In this document: positions 1 through 10,086 of the stretch, piece after piece | Numbering within the stretch: position 1 is the first letter of the stretch | Layout of the letters: each line of letters starts with the position of its first letter | Source of the DNA: Candidatus Hopanoidivorans cymbastelae | GTDB lineage: Bacteria; Actinomycetota; Acidimicrobiia; Acidimicrobiales; Hopanoidiivorantaceae | Length of the DNA stretch: 64,000 bases | Reading direction: 5' to 3' | NCBI GenBank assembly: GCA_028283145.1 | Contig: JAPYNY010000012.1 | Span: forward strand, 11,672-75,671 | Program-made: the position numbers and the translations under genes | Notes under the pieces: generated by a model | Seen by the model: the letters and a program-made list of their open reading frames with translations, nothing else | The model's database searches: none | Told to the model about the DNA's origin: nothing

Positions 1-444
1 CTTGGTGTGGTCCCAACTCACAATTTTCTCAGGTTTCACCACCACGGCCGTCCGCTTTGAAGCCAAAGCCGCGGCTGCGTTGTGGGCGTCCCCTGTACTT
101 ATGCCATGATTGCGGGCTATGACAGCACCAGCGTATTTTTGCACGTCTTCGGGCTTTGAGTAAAGCTCGGCTGTGCCGTTGATGGTAACGCCGCGCAATT
201 TTTCATAGACCACTCCGTCTTCTAACAGCACCGAAATACGTGGGTCACGTTTCAGGTTCAAGATTTTTTGCGACTTGGTATAGGTCTCAAAAACTATTTC
301 ATCATCCACAATGCCAAACCACAAGGTGCTCAGATGGGCGCTGCCGTCGGAGTTGAGAGTTGCTACCTGCAGACTCTTCTGCTCGGAGATGAATTGCTTT
401 ATCTCCTCCGATGTCATTTTGATGGCATCTCGGCGCTTGGGCAT
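1..444 (-). CDS. Pyridoxamine 5'-phosphate oxidase-like (PPOX class, probably F420-dependent) oxidoreductase, 3' end runs off the window
   Basis: Not in the ORF track. Manual translation MPKRRDAIKMTSEEIKQFISEQKSLQVATLNSDGSAHLSTLWF...KSQKILNLKRDPRISVLLEDG...LRGV...SWDHTK; AAGGAG RBS at 451-456. Confidence 0.85.
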   Translation of the reverse strand, partial: MPKRRDAIKMTSEEIKQFISEQKSLQVATLNSDGSAHLSTLWFGIVDDEIVFETYTKSQKILNLKRDPRISVLLEDGVVYEKLRGVTINGTAELYSKPEDVQKYAGAVIARNHGISTGDAHNAAAALASKRTAVVVKPEKIVSWDHTK

Positions 445-559
445 CTATGACTCCTTTGTTTGACGGATAGACATAAGTTTCAGCTTACTTAAAGAAACCT
501 GCATGCCGACTTTGCTTGACTTAAAATAGTTGTACCGCAACTATAAAGGAAGGTAAACA

Positions 560-1537
560 ATGAAAATTTCTTGTGGCGTCCCGCCCTCTGCTGAAACAGC
601 CCAGCAAGCAGCTTTGGCCGAAAAGTTGGGCTATGACCGCTTCTGGCTGTTTGATTCGCCCGCCATCTACGAAGATGTCTGGATGTGGATGGCACTCTGC
701 GCCAAGCAGACCCAGACTATTGGCCTGGGCACAGCCGTCTTGGTGCCGCATTCGCGCCATGTGATGGTTACGGCCTCAGCTGTGGCTACCATGCAAAGTC
801 TGGCCCCTGGCCGCTTGGCGCTGGGCTTTGGAACGGGGGCTTCAGCTCGCTGGTTTTTTGGGAAAAAGCCCCTCACTTGGGACTACATGCTCACCTATAT
901 CTCCCAGTTGCGAGGCTTGTTGGCGGGTGAAGTGGTAACCATTGACGGGCAGAAATGCCAGATGATGCACTTCAAGGACATAACGGCCAAACGGCCCATC
1001 GAAGTGCCAATCATTTTGAGTGCCATGGGTCCCAGAGGGCAAAAGCTAACCGAAGAAGTAGCCGATGGAATTATGACCATCGGAGGGGGGAAATTTGATT
1101 TGGATTGGCACGTGCAAATGGCTAACGGCACGGTTTTGGAACCAGGCGAGACGCTGACGGATGAGCGGGTCAAGCAAGCTTTGGGTCCGTGGTATGTCTT
1201 GATGTATCACGGCGGTTGGCAGCATTCTCCTGAAGCTGTGGACAATCTGCCTATGGGAGCGCAGTGGCGGGCGGCTGTTGAAGTTGAACGTCCCGAAGAT
1301 GAGCTCCACTTGATTGTGCATGAGGGCCATGCGACTGAATTGACGCCCAGAGATCAAATTCTGATTGACCATGCTGGCGACATGATCGGAGCAATGGGCT
1401 GGGTAGGCAGCCCTGACGAAATTCGTGAGAAGGTTCAGGTAGCGGCCGATTCAGGAGCCACCGAAATCCTGTACACTCCAGCCGGCCCAGACATCGAGAG
1501 GGAATTAACAGCCTTTGCCCAAGCCACTATTGGCTAG
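560..1537 (+). CDS. LLM-class flavin/F420-dependent oxidoreductase
   Basis: AEKLGYDRFWLFDSP, IGLGTAVLVP, APGRLALGFGTG motifs; AAGGAAGG RBS upstream. Confidence 0.9.
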   Translation: MKISCGVPPSAETAQQAALAEKLGYDRFWLFDSPAIYEDVWMWMALCAKQTQTIGLGTAVLVPHSRHVMVTASAVATMQSLAPGRLALGFGTGASARWFFGKKPLTWDYMLTYISQLRGLLAGEVVTIDGQKCQMMHFKDITAKRPIEVPIILSAMGPRGQKLTEEVADGIMTIGGGKFDLDWHVQMANGTVLEPGETLTDERVKQALGPWYVLMYHGGWQHSPEAVDNLPMGAQWRAAVEVERPEDELHLIVHEGHATELTPRDQILIDHAGDMIGAMGWVGSPDEIREKVQVAADSGATEILYTPAGPDIERELTAFAQATIG

Positions 1538-1633
1538 CGTGGCTAGCGCATGAGCCAAGGCAGTTTAGAACATTGGGACTTTGCGGCGCAACTGCTAAGG
1601 CTCCGAAAACATCGCCTGTGGAAGCATCGTCTG

Positions 1634-1708
1634 TGGGCGCTGACGGATTTGAACCGCCGACTTCTTCCTTGTAAGGGAAGCGCTCTAACCGGACTGAGCT
1701 AAGCGCCC
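1634..1708 (-). tRNA. tRNA-Val(TAC)
   Basis: GGGCGCTTAGCTCAG...CTTCC-CTTACAA-GGAAG...GGTTCAAATCC...AGCGCCCA cloverleaf; CCA not encoded. Confidence 0.95.
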
Positions 1709-1808
1709 CAATACCTAACTTCTACTACCAAATAACGCTACCCGATTTGCCGCTAGTTCAGGTAAAGCCAAGAGTTTCCAGTGAATTTTGGGAATTGATT
1801 TGGTGGGT

Positions 1809-2588
1809 TTATCTAATTTTGGCACAGAGGCTGTCAAGCAACTCGGGTGTACCAGCAGCTGCTGGACGGCGCCTGGCAGTGTCATCCAAAACCAACAAAT
1901 CATCGCCATTTAGGTCTGTTACACAAGCTCCAGCTTGTTGACAGACAAATATCCCGCCCAGATAATCCCAAGGAGCCAATTCTCCTGGGCTGACGTCGGC
2001 AAAAGCGTCCAAGCAGCCTGAAGCTACCAGGCACAAATCCAACGCAGCCGACCCCAGACTGCGGTACTGCTTCCAACCCCAGTGGGCAGCTGGATATCCA
2101 GAGACTCCAAGCAGTGCTTCCGGCAAATGTGCAACCTTTGAAGGCTTGATGGGTTGAGGCTCCTCTTGTTGATGTGTGGCTTGTCGGCCTGTCTTGGCAT
2201 AAACCCGCCGAGACAGGCAGGCTCCTTCACCTGTTTTGGCTGTGAAGGTGGTGCCAGAGGTAAGGTCTTCAACGTGGGCAGCCAAGATGCCATTTCGGCC
2301 AACGGCACACAAACTGACGCAAAACCAGGGTATGCCAGACGCAGCGTTAGTTGAGCCGTCCACTGGGTCTAAGACCACAATGAGTTCCCTGTCTGGATGG
2401 TGCAAGCCAGTTTCCTCACTGAGCACCCCAACGCCTGCATCTAGCAACACTTCAAGCGCAGCGTCGTTGGCAGCCAAATCAGCCTGATACTGACCTTGCT
2501 TGGCACCGGTTGGCACCCAGTCAGCTTGATCATCCAACCTTTGGCGCACGGCGCTGGCCGTTTCAGCCAGAAGTGAAGCAAGGTCCAT
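1809..2588 (-). CDS. Inositol monophosphatase family protein
   Basis: SEE, DPVDGSTN, RSLGSAALDLC and PWD motifs; start set at ATG 2588. Confidence 0.92.
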   Translation of the reverse strand: MDLASLLAETASAVRQRLDDQADWVPTGAKQGQYQADLAANDAALEVLLDAGVGVLSEETGLHHPDRELIVVLDPVDGSTNAASGIPWFCVSLCAVGRNGILAAHVEDLTSGTTFTAKTGEGACLSRRVYAKTGRQATHQQEEPQPIKPSKVAHLPEALLGVSGYPAAHWGWKQYRSLGSAALDLCLVASGCLDAFADVSPGELAPWDYLGGIFVCQQAGACVTDLNGDDLLVLDDTARRRPAAAGTPELLDSLCAKIR

Positions 2589-2697
2589 GTTCAAACACAA
2601 AGATGGGGTGGGGCGAAAAGCAAACTAGTGGAGCAAAGTAGCCTAATGGGGTAACTTTAGATGCGGTGGCTGCGGAGCAAGTGAGATTGCTGAAGAA

Positions 2698-2772
<75 letters not shown>

Positions 2773-2777
2773 CAGTG

Positions 2778-2850
2778 CTCCGGGGGTGGGACTCGAACCC
2801 ACAACCCCACGGTTAACAGCCGCGTGCTCTGCCAATTGAGCTACCCCGGA
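2778..2850 (-). tRNA. tRNA-Asn(GTT)
   Basis: TCCGGGGTAGCTCAATTGGCAGAGCA-CGCGG-CTGTTAA-CCGTG...GGTTCGAGTCC...CCCCGGAG. Confidence 0.95.
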
Positions 2851-2971
2851 ATATGCTCTCTTTAGATTATCAACTGGCTAGTCTAGTATCAAGCAGGCCT
2901 TGAATTCCAACTCATTAATTATAACCTCACAGCCAGCTTTAAACAACCAGCAAATCAAGCCTACAAAAGCC

Positions 2972-4066
2972 ATGAAAGGTATAGTCTTACATTCCGACGC
3001 CAAATCAAGTGGCAGCCAATGGGGAGAAATTGAGATCACCGATGATGTGGAGCTTTTCGCTGCGGTGGGGCCACGCGATGTCAAGGTGCGCATTGAAGCT
3101 GCCGGCGTCTGTGGCAGCGATGTGGCTCTGGCGAGTGGCAAATTTGGCATTCCCACTCCCCTGGTCATGGGACATGAAGGTGCTGGGATCGTTATGGAAA
3201 TAGGTGATGCAGTTACATCTTGCCAAGTGGGTGACCATGTGGTGCTTTCAACTTTGAACAGTTGCGGACATTGCTCGGTTTGTGAGCGTGGAGAGCCGAC
3301 TTTGTGCGGTAACCCGCGTTCCGAATGGCGTATGCCTTTCAAGTTGCGAGGCGAAGAGCTTTATCAGTTCGCTCAAACTTCATGTTTTGCGCAAGAGACC
3401 ATCGTTAGGGAACATCAGGCGGTCACCATCCCCAAGGAAATCCCTTTTCCAGCAGCAGCCTTGATTGGATGCGGAGTCATCACGGGAGCAGGCGCTATCT
3501 TCAATCGTGCCAAGGTTGCCTTTGGCGATACGGTTGCGGTTATCGGAGCCGGCGGGGTTGGTTTAAGCGCCATTCAAGCAGCCCAATTGTCTGGGGCCAG
3601 TCGCATTGTGGCGATTGATGTTGTGCCTGAGAAGGAAGAGTTAGCCAAGAAATTCGGCGCTACCGACTTCATCTTGTCGCCGGCTGATCCTGCTCAAGCT
3701 GTTTTGGAAATCATCCCAGCTGGAGTCAACCATGCTGTTGAAGCAGTCGGCAGCCCCCAGTTGCTTAGAGAGTGCATTGACATGGCAGCCAACGGTGGCA
3801 ATATCGTCCAGTTGGGTATGGCTGATATAGATACTGAGGCTAGTTACACCATGTATTCGCTGTATCAGAACAAGACTTTGATGGGCTGCAGATATGGTGC
3901 AGCTCGTCCTAGGGCCGACTTTCCAATGCTGGCTGATCTGTATATGCAGGGCAAGCTCAACTTGGACGATCTTGTTTCACAAGTGGTAACTTTTGAGAGC
4001 TTATTTGATGCCTTTGAGGAGGTTGTTGCCGGCAAGGTAGCTAGGACTGTGCTGCAGCCGTATTAG
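2972..4066 (+). CDS. Zn-dependent alcohol dehydrogenase (MDR family)
   Basis: GVCGSD, GHEGAG, CGHCSVC..C structural Zn site, GAGGVG; start set at MKGIVL. Confidence 0.93.
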   Translation: MKGIVLHSDAKSSGSQWGEIEITDDVELFAAVGPRDVKVRIEAAGVCGSDVALASGKFGIPTPLVMGHEGAGIVMEIGDAVTSCQVGDHVVLSTLNSCGHCSVCERGEPTLCGNPRSEWRMPFKLRGEELYQFAQTSCFAQETIVREHQAVTIPKEIPFPAAALIGCGVITGAGAIFNRAKVAFGDTVAVIGAGGVGLSAIQAAQLSGASRIVAIDVVPEKEELAKKFGATDFILSPADPAQAVLEIIPAGVNHAVEAVGSPQLLRECIDMAANGGNIVQLGMADIDTEASYTMYSLYQNKTLMGCRYGAARPRADFPMLADLYMQGKLNLDDLVSQVVTFESLFDAFEEVVAGKVARTVLQPY

Positions 4067-4068
4067 TT

Positions 4069-5085
4069 TTATTGAGTGGCCTTGTTGAGCTTGGCAAAAG
4101 CTGTTTGGTAGAACTCCAAAACAGCGTGATATGAGGATGCGCTGGCGGATTGTAACAACTCCTCATACGACATAACGGCACCCATAAATGAGCTGGCGTT
4201 CCAAAAGTCGCTATTCTGCATGGCTTGGGGGTCCCACGGGCTGACGTACAGGTATGGCTGGGGGATCTCAGCTGTGTCTCCAGGAGAAGCCCCATAAGTT
4301 GCTCGAGCTGTTCGGTCCCCCAGTTCAATGGCTATATCAAAATGGCCAGGCCATAGCTGGATTCGGGTTGAATCAGCATCATCGGAGTTGGCTCGTAGTT
4401 CTTCCAAAGCTGCGGTTGCGCAGCCGTACCAACTGCCTAAGAAGTCATTGACCGCGACTGAGACTCCAAGGTCTTCATCCAAATCGCCAATAACCGGACT
4501 GTCGTGTTCCCGCTGAGATTCTGAAGGGGCGACGCCTAGAAATTCACTGGCTGCTCGCAGGGTAGTGATGGGTTGGCTGGTCTGCTGGTCTGCTTGCTGG
4601 AAGATTATCTCGCCGCCGGTTACCCGCACTTGCTGGTCGGCATTAAAAAATGGCGTCCCAAAGCCACCTTTGACCCATCGCAGACCGAATTTTCCACCCG
4701 GAGCCAACCGCCTGACTTCTGAAATTAAAGCCAAGGCAAGACGATGAAAGTTAGTCCTCTGGGCTTCAAAACCAACTGGGATCTCAGGGAGTTTGCCCCA
4801 ATTACCCAACCAGCGCTCAGCTATGAAATCCTGGGCATCAGCGTTGTCGGAAAAACGGGTTCGGCAGAGTTCGTCCCAGGTTATATCGCCTTGGGAGGTT
4901 GGTGTAACTGACAGTTCGGTTTGGCTGGATGAGTGTCCGCTGGCTGGCCTGGCAGGATCATCCGCAAACCATTTTGGATCTTTTGAAGCCGGAGGCGACG
5001 GCTCCAAGACAAATGCTAGATAGCCTTCAGGCAGCAGCGATTGAGCCTCCAAACGCGGAGAGTAAAAATTCGTGTCAGCTACCAT
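4069..5085 (-). CDS. Hypothetical protein (weak resemblance to DUF5996-type proteins)
   Basis: 338-aa ORF co-oriented behind dnaG; GGFGTP, QLWPGHFD, YGASPGD, PYLYVSPW motifs. Family call is from memory only. Confidence 0.6.
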   Translation of the reverse strand: MVADTNFYSPRLEAQSLLPEGYLAFVLEPSPPASKDPKWFADDPARPASGHSSSQTELSVTPTSQGDITWDELCRTRFSDNADAQDFIAERWLGNWGKLPEIPVGFEAQRTNFHRLALALISEVRRLAPGGKFGLRWVKGGFGTPFFNADQQVRVTGGEIIFQQADQQTSQPITTLRAASEFLGVAPSESQREHDSPVIGDLDEDLGVSVAVNDFLGSWYGCATAALEELRANSDDADSTRIQLWPGHFDIAIELGDRTARATYGASPGDTAEIPQPYLYVSPWDPQAMQNSDFWNASSFMGAVMSYEELLQSASASSYHAVLEFYQTAFAKLNKATQ

Positions 5086-5112
5086 AGCTCGATTCAGTTT
5101 TCATAGCTCGGT

Positions 5113-7116
5113 TCAGTTTTCATGGATCAGCAGCGACACCAGATTTTCTTCAGCGCTTTTCAAGGAGTAAAAATGACTGCGGACAACTTCAAGGGCATTC
5201 TTGAGTTTTTTATGTTCTTGGAACAGTTGCGATAAATCACTGTGTTGTCCTGCTGGGCTAGGCTGACTTTCTTGGCTCGCCGATGTATCAGGTGACTCCA
5301 AAGAAGCTCTTTGGATTTGGCGGTCAAGCTCACGAGAACGGCGATCAGCTTTACTCACCAACAGGTAGACAATTAACGATTCTGGATCCTCATCGCCTGG
5401 TTCAGGCCAGTAGGAAGGCGGTTCCATCACACGCAGCTTGGCAATTGCATTGTAGATCTCTTCAGATTCACCAAGTGCTATGTCTTCGTAAGTCTCATAG
5501 TTCAACAAAGCCCTGCAAATTTCCCTGTGTTTTTTATATTCAAAGAGCCACTCGTCAACATAATCAGGCACAGCCTCTGGGAAATGGCATAGTAGAAGCA
5601 AAGCTCTTTCTTCATTTCGCTGCCAACTGGCTTGTTCTCGTGAGGGTTTTGCCTCCGCCTTGGCAGCGCCGTTGTCGCCAAGCTCCGGATAGTTGGCAAA
5701 GCCAGCATCATGAGTTTGATTCGCCCAATGACTTCGCCCTCCTCGCCCGGAAGATTTGGATTGCTCAAATTTCAGGAGTTCTTGTCTAAGGCGACTTTCA
5801 TCCACATCAAATCTGAGGGAAATTCTCTGCAGGTACTTGTTTTTGATGTCTCGTTCTGGATGGTCGCCGATTACTTTAGTAGCCTTCAAAGCCACCTTTT
5901 GCCGTTCTTCTTGGGTATCAATTGTGCTGGCATTGACTTCTGCTTCGGTGCCACCTGCTGCCCTGTCCACACGAAATTGCAGGTATTGCTGGGTGTGGGT
6001 AAACAACCCCCGCAACTCAGCTAGCTGGTGTTCGGTATCGGCAGTATGCTGATGCTCCTCCAACTGCTTTTCCAGTTGCCAAAACTTTTGGGAGATTTCA
6101 CCGGGGTCGCCGTGGTCGGCCAGGTCGGCAATCGTGATATGCAGCCCCAATTCGGTCTCCCATTGGTGGATTCGCTCAGCAGCTGCCTGGCCTGAAGTAT
6201 CCGGATCAAATGCCAGCACGATATTGGGAGAAAAACGCTTGAGACCTTCCAGATGGTCTCGCGTGAGAGCCGTGCCACAAGTGGCTACTGTATTTGCAAA
6301 TCCCATCTCGTGAAGCCCGATAACATCGGTATAGCCCTCGGTGATTATGGAGCTTCGGAGTCTGACTATTTCGGATTTAGCTCGGTTTAGACCGAACAGA
6401 ACTCGGCTTTTCTTGTAGAGCGGAGTTTCAGGTGAGTTGATATATTTGGGAGCCTTGTCTCGGCCAGGCAGAGCTCGGCCGCCAAAAGCTATGACTTCTC
6501 CTTTGTGGTCCCAGATCGGAAATATGATCCGGGCTTGTTGAACGTCCCGCAGCTCATTTTCAGGGGTACGTTTCAGCAGGCCAGCTTGGAGAAGAATATC
6601 GGTGGGATGTGACAGGGCTCCCTGTAAGCCCATTTTAGCGTTGCTCCAACTGCCAGGCGCCCAGCCCAGCATCCAGCGTTTGGCAATCTCGGAGTTATAG
6701 CCTCGTTCCCGCAAATAGCTCCGTGCTTCTCGCGCATCAGCACCAAAAAGCAAGCTGTGATACCAGTTGCAAGCATCCTTGAGAGCCGCCAGCATTTTCT
6801 TTCTGGAAGTATCCTTGGCACCGGAAATGCGAGTCAGACGCACTCCGGCTCTGTCAGCTAGCCACTCCACAGCCTCAGTGAAGTCAAGGTTTTCAGTTTT
6901 TTGGACGAAGGTGAAGCAGTCACCACTTTCCTTGCAGCCAAAGCAATGAAAAAAACATTCCTGTTCGTTGACTGTGAAGGACGGAGTTTTTTCTGCATGA
7001 AAGGGGCACAGACCGACCAGGCGAGTTCCGCTGCGTCGCAGCTGTGTGTAAGCCGAGACAAGATTGGCCATATCCGTAGCTGCCCGTATTGCGTCTATGT
7101 CTTCTCGGGAGTACAT
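5113..7116 (-). CDS. dnaG: DNA primase
   Basis: CPFH...CFGC zinc finger, PKYINSPET, EGYTDV, AFDPD TOPRIM motifs. Confidence 0.97.
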   Translation of the reverse strand: MYSREDIDAIRAATDMANLVSAYTQLRRSGTRLVGLCPFHAEKTPSFTVNEQECFFHCFGCKESGDCFTFVQKTENLDFTEAVEWLADRAGVRLTRISGAKDTSRKKMLAALKDACNWYHSLLFGADAREARSYLRERGYNSEIAKRWMLGWAPGSWSNAKMGLQGALSHPTDILLQAGLLKRTPENELRDVQQARIIFPIWDHKGEVIAFGGRALPGRDKAPKYINSPETPLYKKSRVLFGLNRAKSEIVRLRSSIITEGYTDVIGLHEMGFANTVATCGTALTRDHLEGLKRFSPNIVLAFDPDTSGQAAAERIHQWETELGLHITIADLADHGDPGEISQKFWQLEKQLEEHQHTADTEHQLAELRGLFTHTQQYLQFRVDRAAGGTEAEVNASTIDTQEERQKVALKATKVIGDHPERDIKNKYLQRISLRFDVDESRLRQELLKFEQSKSSGRGGRSHWANQTHDAGFANYPELGDNGAAKAEAKPSREQASWQRNEERALLLLCHFPEAVPDYVDEWLFEYKKHREICRALLNYETYEDIALGESEEIYNAIAKLRVMEPPSYWPEPGDEDPESLIVYLLVSKADRRSRELDRQIQRASLESPDTSASQESQPSPAGQHSDLSQLFQEHKKLKNALEVVRSHFYSLKSAEENLVSLLIHEN

Positions 7117-7171
7117 TTATGCACTGTCTCTAGCTTTGCTTGGATTGGGTTTTCTTGGGCAAATGGCGTTC

Positions 7172-8506
7172 TCAAATAGCAAGTTGGTTGCGTAAATTCT
7201 CCAACAAGGTGTCAATGGGAACTCGTTGCTGATCCATGGTGTCACGCTCTCTGATGGTCACGCACTTATCCTCCAGTGTCTCAAAATCTATGGTCACACA
7301 AAACGGGGTGCCGAGTTCGTCCTGTCGTCGGTAGCGCCGCCCTATGGACTGTGTCTCATCATAGTCAATCATCAGGTAGGGTCTCAAAGTCTTGGCTATC
7401 TCCTGGGAGCAGTGCGCCAATGCTTCCTTGCGAGACAACGGCAAAATAGCTGCCTGGAAAGGCGCCAGATGTGGATTCAAGCGCAAGACTGTGCGAGTTT
7501 CACCTCGCACGTCTTCCTCGTCATAAGCAGCTAGCAAAAAAGCCAGCATGGCTCTGGTAGCGCCGGCAGCCGGTTCAATTACATGAGGCACATACCGATC
7601 TCCGCTGGCCTGGTCAAAATACTCCAACTTGTGGCCCGAATGCTGGGAATGTGCCGTCAGATCATAGTCACCGCGGTTGGCAATGCCTTCCAACTCTCCC
7701 CACCCCCAAGGATAGAGAAACTCCACATCACTGGTCTGGGAAGAGTAATGGCTCAATTCGTCTGCCTCATGTGCGCGCAGGCGGATTAAATCTGAGGGAA
7801 TACCTAGGTCTTGATACCAACTAAGCCGTTCCTCACACCAATAGCTGTGCCATTGGCTGCTCTGTGACGGGGGCACAAAATACTCCATTTCCATCTGCTC
7901 AAATTCTCTGGTCCTGAAGATGAAGTTGCCGGGGGTGATCTCATTGCGGAATGACTTACCAATTTGAGCGATGCCAAAGGGCGGTTTTTTGCGAGCAGCG
8001 CCCATGACCAGAGCAAAATTCACAAACATGCCTTGGGCGGTTTCAGGACGTAGGTACACTGCCGCCCCTTCCTCTGCTACAGGACCAGCATGGGTCTTGA
8101 ACATGAGATTGAATTCCCTAGCGTCGGTAAGTTCTCCGGATTTGCCACACGCCGGGCAAGTATTCAGATCGGGCAAATCGTCTTCACGATGTCGCAGACC
8201 GCAAGCCTTGCAGTCAACCAATGGGTCGGAAAAACTTTCCAAGTGGCCTGAAGCTTTCCAAACGGCAGGCGGCGCCAGAATTGAAGCATCCAGCCCAACT
8301 ATGTCATCACGCAACTGCACCATATTGCGCCACCAAGCCTGCTTGACATTTCGCAGCATCAGCACCCCTGTTGGGCCAAAATCATAAGCTGAGCGAAAAC
8401 CTCCATAAATTTCAGCTGACTGGAAAACAAAGCCCCGCCTTTTGGCCAGATTGGTGATTTTTTCCATGAGGTCGGATGCTGGGAGGTCGGATGTTGGCTT
8501 GGCCAT
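7172..8506 (-). CDS. glyQS: Glycine--tRNA ligase (alpha2 type)
   Basis: KRRGFVF, YLRPETAQG, FRNEITPGNFIFRTREFEQME, ELEGIANR, IGRRYRRQDE. Confidence 0.97.
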   Translation of the reverse strand: MAKPTSDLPASDLMEKITNLAKRRGFVFQSAEIYGGFRSAYDFGPTGVLMLRNVKQAWWRNMVQLRDDIVGLDASILAPPAVWKASGHLESFSDPLVDCKACGLRHREDDLPDLNTCPACGKSGELTDAREFNLMFKTHAGPVAEEGAAVYLRPETAQGMFVNFALVMGAARKKPPFGIAQIGKSFRNEITPGNFIFRTREFEQMEMEYFVPPSQSSQWHSYWCEERLSWYQDLGIPSDLIRLRAHEADELSHYSSQTSDVEFLYPWGWGELEGIANRGDYDLTAHSQHSGHKLEYFDQASGDRYVPHVIEPAAGATRAMLAFLLAAYDEEDVRGETRTVLRLNPHLAPFQAAILPLSRKEALAHCSQEIAKTLRPYLMIDYDETQSIGRRYRRQDELGTPFCVTIDFETLEDKCVTIRERDTMDQQRVPIDTLLENLRNQLAI

Positions 8507-8534
8507 AAGACAAGTCTAAAAGTGTTGATTGCAG

Positions 8535-9278
8535 CTACAAACTTTGTGCTGGGTGGGTGGCTTTCAACGATTTCAGGGAGCGCTCAGAATGGCTTTGCAG
8601 CACTTTTTCTGCCAGCCACTCCAGTTCGTTGGCTGCAGTTTTATCTGCTCGGTTCAAAGCCTGGCGCAGCTTCCCCCCAAGTATTTCTTGCAACACAATT
8701 AGGGCTTGTGGGCTGATAGCTGTGCCTTTAGGATGCTGAGCGCAGGTCAGCCCGCCATCACGCAAATCGTAGTTGACCAGGTTTGACTCCGACCCGCAAA
8801 TGGAGCACTCTTCGTGGTGGGGCGCCATCCCCTCATTTTGCAAGACTCGCCAGAGGAACCCAGCTAGCAGCATTTCAGAATCACCAGCTTCCAAGGTTTC
8901 CAAAGCGCCTTTTAAAATCTGATAGAGACCCGGATGTGGCACATCGTCCAAGGTTATGCTGTCGACAATTTCAAGCATTCTGGAGACTTTCAGAAGCCGT
9001 GTCAAATCCTCGCGAATATTGCGGTAATGAGATATGGCTTCGGCGCCAACTATGGTGTATAGCTCACCTTGGCCGCGATACAGCTCTGCTTTGATGCAGC
9101 TGCTCGGTTCAAGTCTGGCTCCAAAGCGGCTCTTGCCTTTCCTCACTCCTTTAGCTACGGCGCGAAGTTTGCCGCCCTCTTCAGACAGCAAAACTACAAT
9201 TCGGTCGGCTTCACCAAATTTGTAAGTACGAAGAACTATGGCAGAATCAGTGCGTCCTCGCAGGCGGTTTGCAGACAC
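8535..9278 (-). CDS. recO: DNA repair protein RecO
   Basis: AIVLRTYKFGEADRIV, AVAKGVRKGKSRFGARLEP, CSIC...C zinc site; start reset to GTG 9278 just after uppS. Confidence 0.93.
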   Translation of the reverse strand: MSANRLRGRTDSAIVLRTYKFGEADRIVVLLSEEGGKLRAVAKGVRKGKSRFGARLEPSSCIKAELYRGQGELYTIVGAEAISHYRNIREDLTRLLKVSRMLEIVDSITLDDVPHPGLYQILKGALETLEAGDSEMLLAGFLWRVLQNEGMAPHHEECSICGSESNLVNYDLRDGGLTCAQHPKGTAISPQALIVLQEILGGKLRQALNRADKTAANELEWLAEKVLQSHSERSLKSLKATHPAQSL

Positions 9279-9294
9279 AGGCGGTGCCCACCCT

Positions 9295-10071
9295 TTAGCG
9301 CCCGCCGTAGCGGCGCTCGCGACGCTGGTATTCTGCGACAGCTTCAAAAAGATGTCGGCGGCGAAAATCAGGCCACAGAACATCAAAAAATACCAGTTCG
9401 CTATAGGCAATTTGCCATAAAAGGAAATTGGAAATTCGGCTTTCTCCCGAAGTGCGAATGACCAAGTCTGGATCGGGCATATCAGGAGAGTAGAGGTATT
9501 TGGAGATATCTTCTTCAGTAATCCGGAGGTCTTGGCAAGCTGTGGCAGAGTTGTCAGACCGCCCATCGGCATTGGAAAACTCGTTGAGGATAGATCTCAA
9601 AGCGTCCACGATCTCAGCTCTGCCACCGTAATTGAAGGCTACGGACAAGGTCATTTTGGAGTTGTCCCTAGTCAGTTCTTCAGCTTCTTGCATCTCTTTA
9701 ATCAGGCCGGAGTTCACTGGCTGTTCACGGCGCCCGATAAAGCGAATCCGGACGTTGCGTTCATGCAGTTCGTTCAGCCGTTTGCGCAATAAATTACGTG
9801 AAAAACCAAGCAGGTAGTCAACCTCTTCTTGGGGCCGCCTCCAATTTTCAGTGGAGAAGGCATAGACAGTAAGCCAAGAAATTCCTAGATCCAATACGCC
9901 CTCTATGGTGTCAAAAAGTGCTTCCTCTCCAGCGTTGTGCCCTTCTGTACGGGGCAAGCCCCGTTTGGCAGCCCAGCGGCCGTTGCCGTCCATGACACAA
10001 GCCACGTGCTTTGGAATAGCTCCTTGTGAAACATCTGGAAAAGGAGCTTTTGTCTGAGACTTGGCTGACAC
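9295..10071 (-). CDS. uppS: Polyprenyl diphosphate synthase (cis-isoprenyltransferase)
   Basis: HVACVMDGNGRWA, FSTENWRRP, NYGGRAEI, IRTSGESRISNFLLWQ. Confidence 0.96.
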   Translation of the reverse strand: MSAKSQTKAPFPDVSQGAIPKHVACVMDGNGRWAAKRGLPRTEGHNAGEEALFDTIEGVLDLGISWLTVYAFSTENWRRPQEEVDYLLGFSRNLLRKRLNELHERNVRIRFIGRREQPVNSGLIKEMQEAEELTRDNSKMTLSVAFNYGGRAEIVDALRSILNEFSNADGRSDNSATACQDLRITEEDISKYLYSPDMPDPDLVIRTSGESRISNFLLWQIAYSELVFFDVLWPDFRRRHLFEAVAEYQRRERRYGGR

Positions 10072-10086
10072 TATGTTTTAGCGTAG

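Noticed and set aside
5086-5115. UGA readthrough from dnaG into the in-frame downstream ORF
   Set aside because: A second in-frame TGA follows after three codons and there is no SECIS-like hairpin.
9279-9572. Long N-terminal extensions of RecO (and similarly TrpE, MurD, YyaL, FadD3) in the ORF track
   Set aside because: They overlap neighbouring genes and precede the family-typical start; treated as longest-ORF artefacts.
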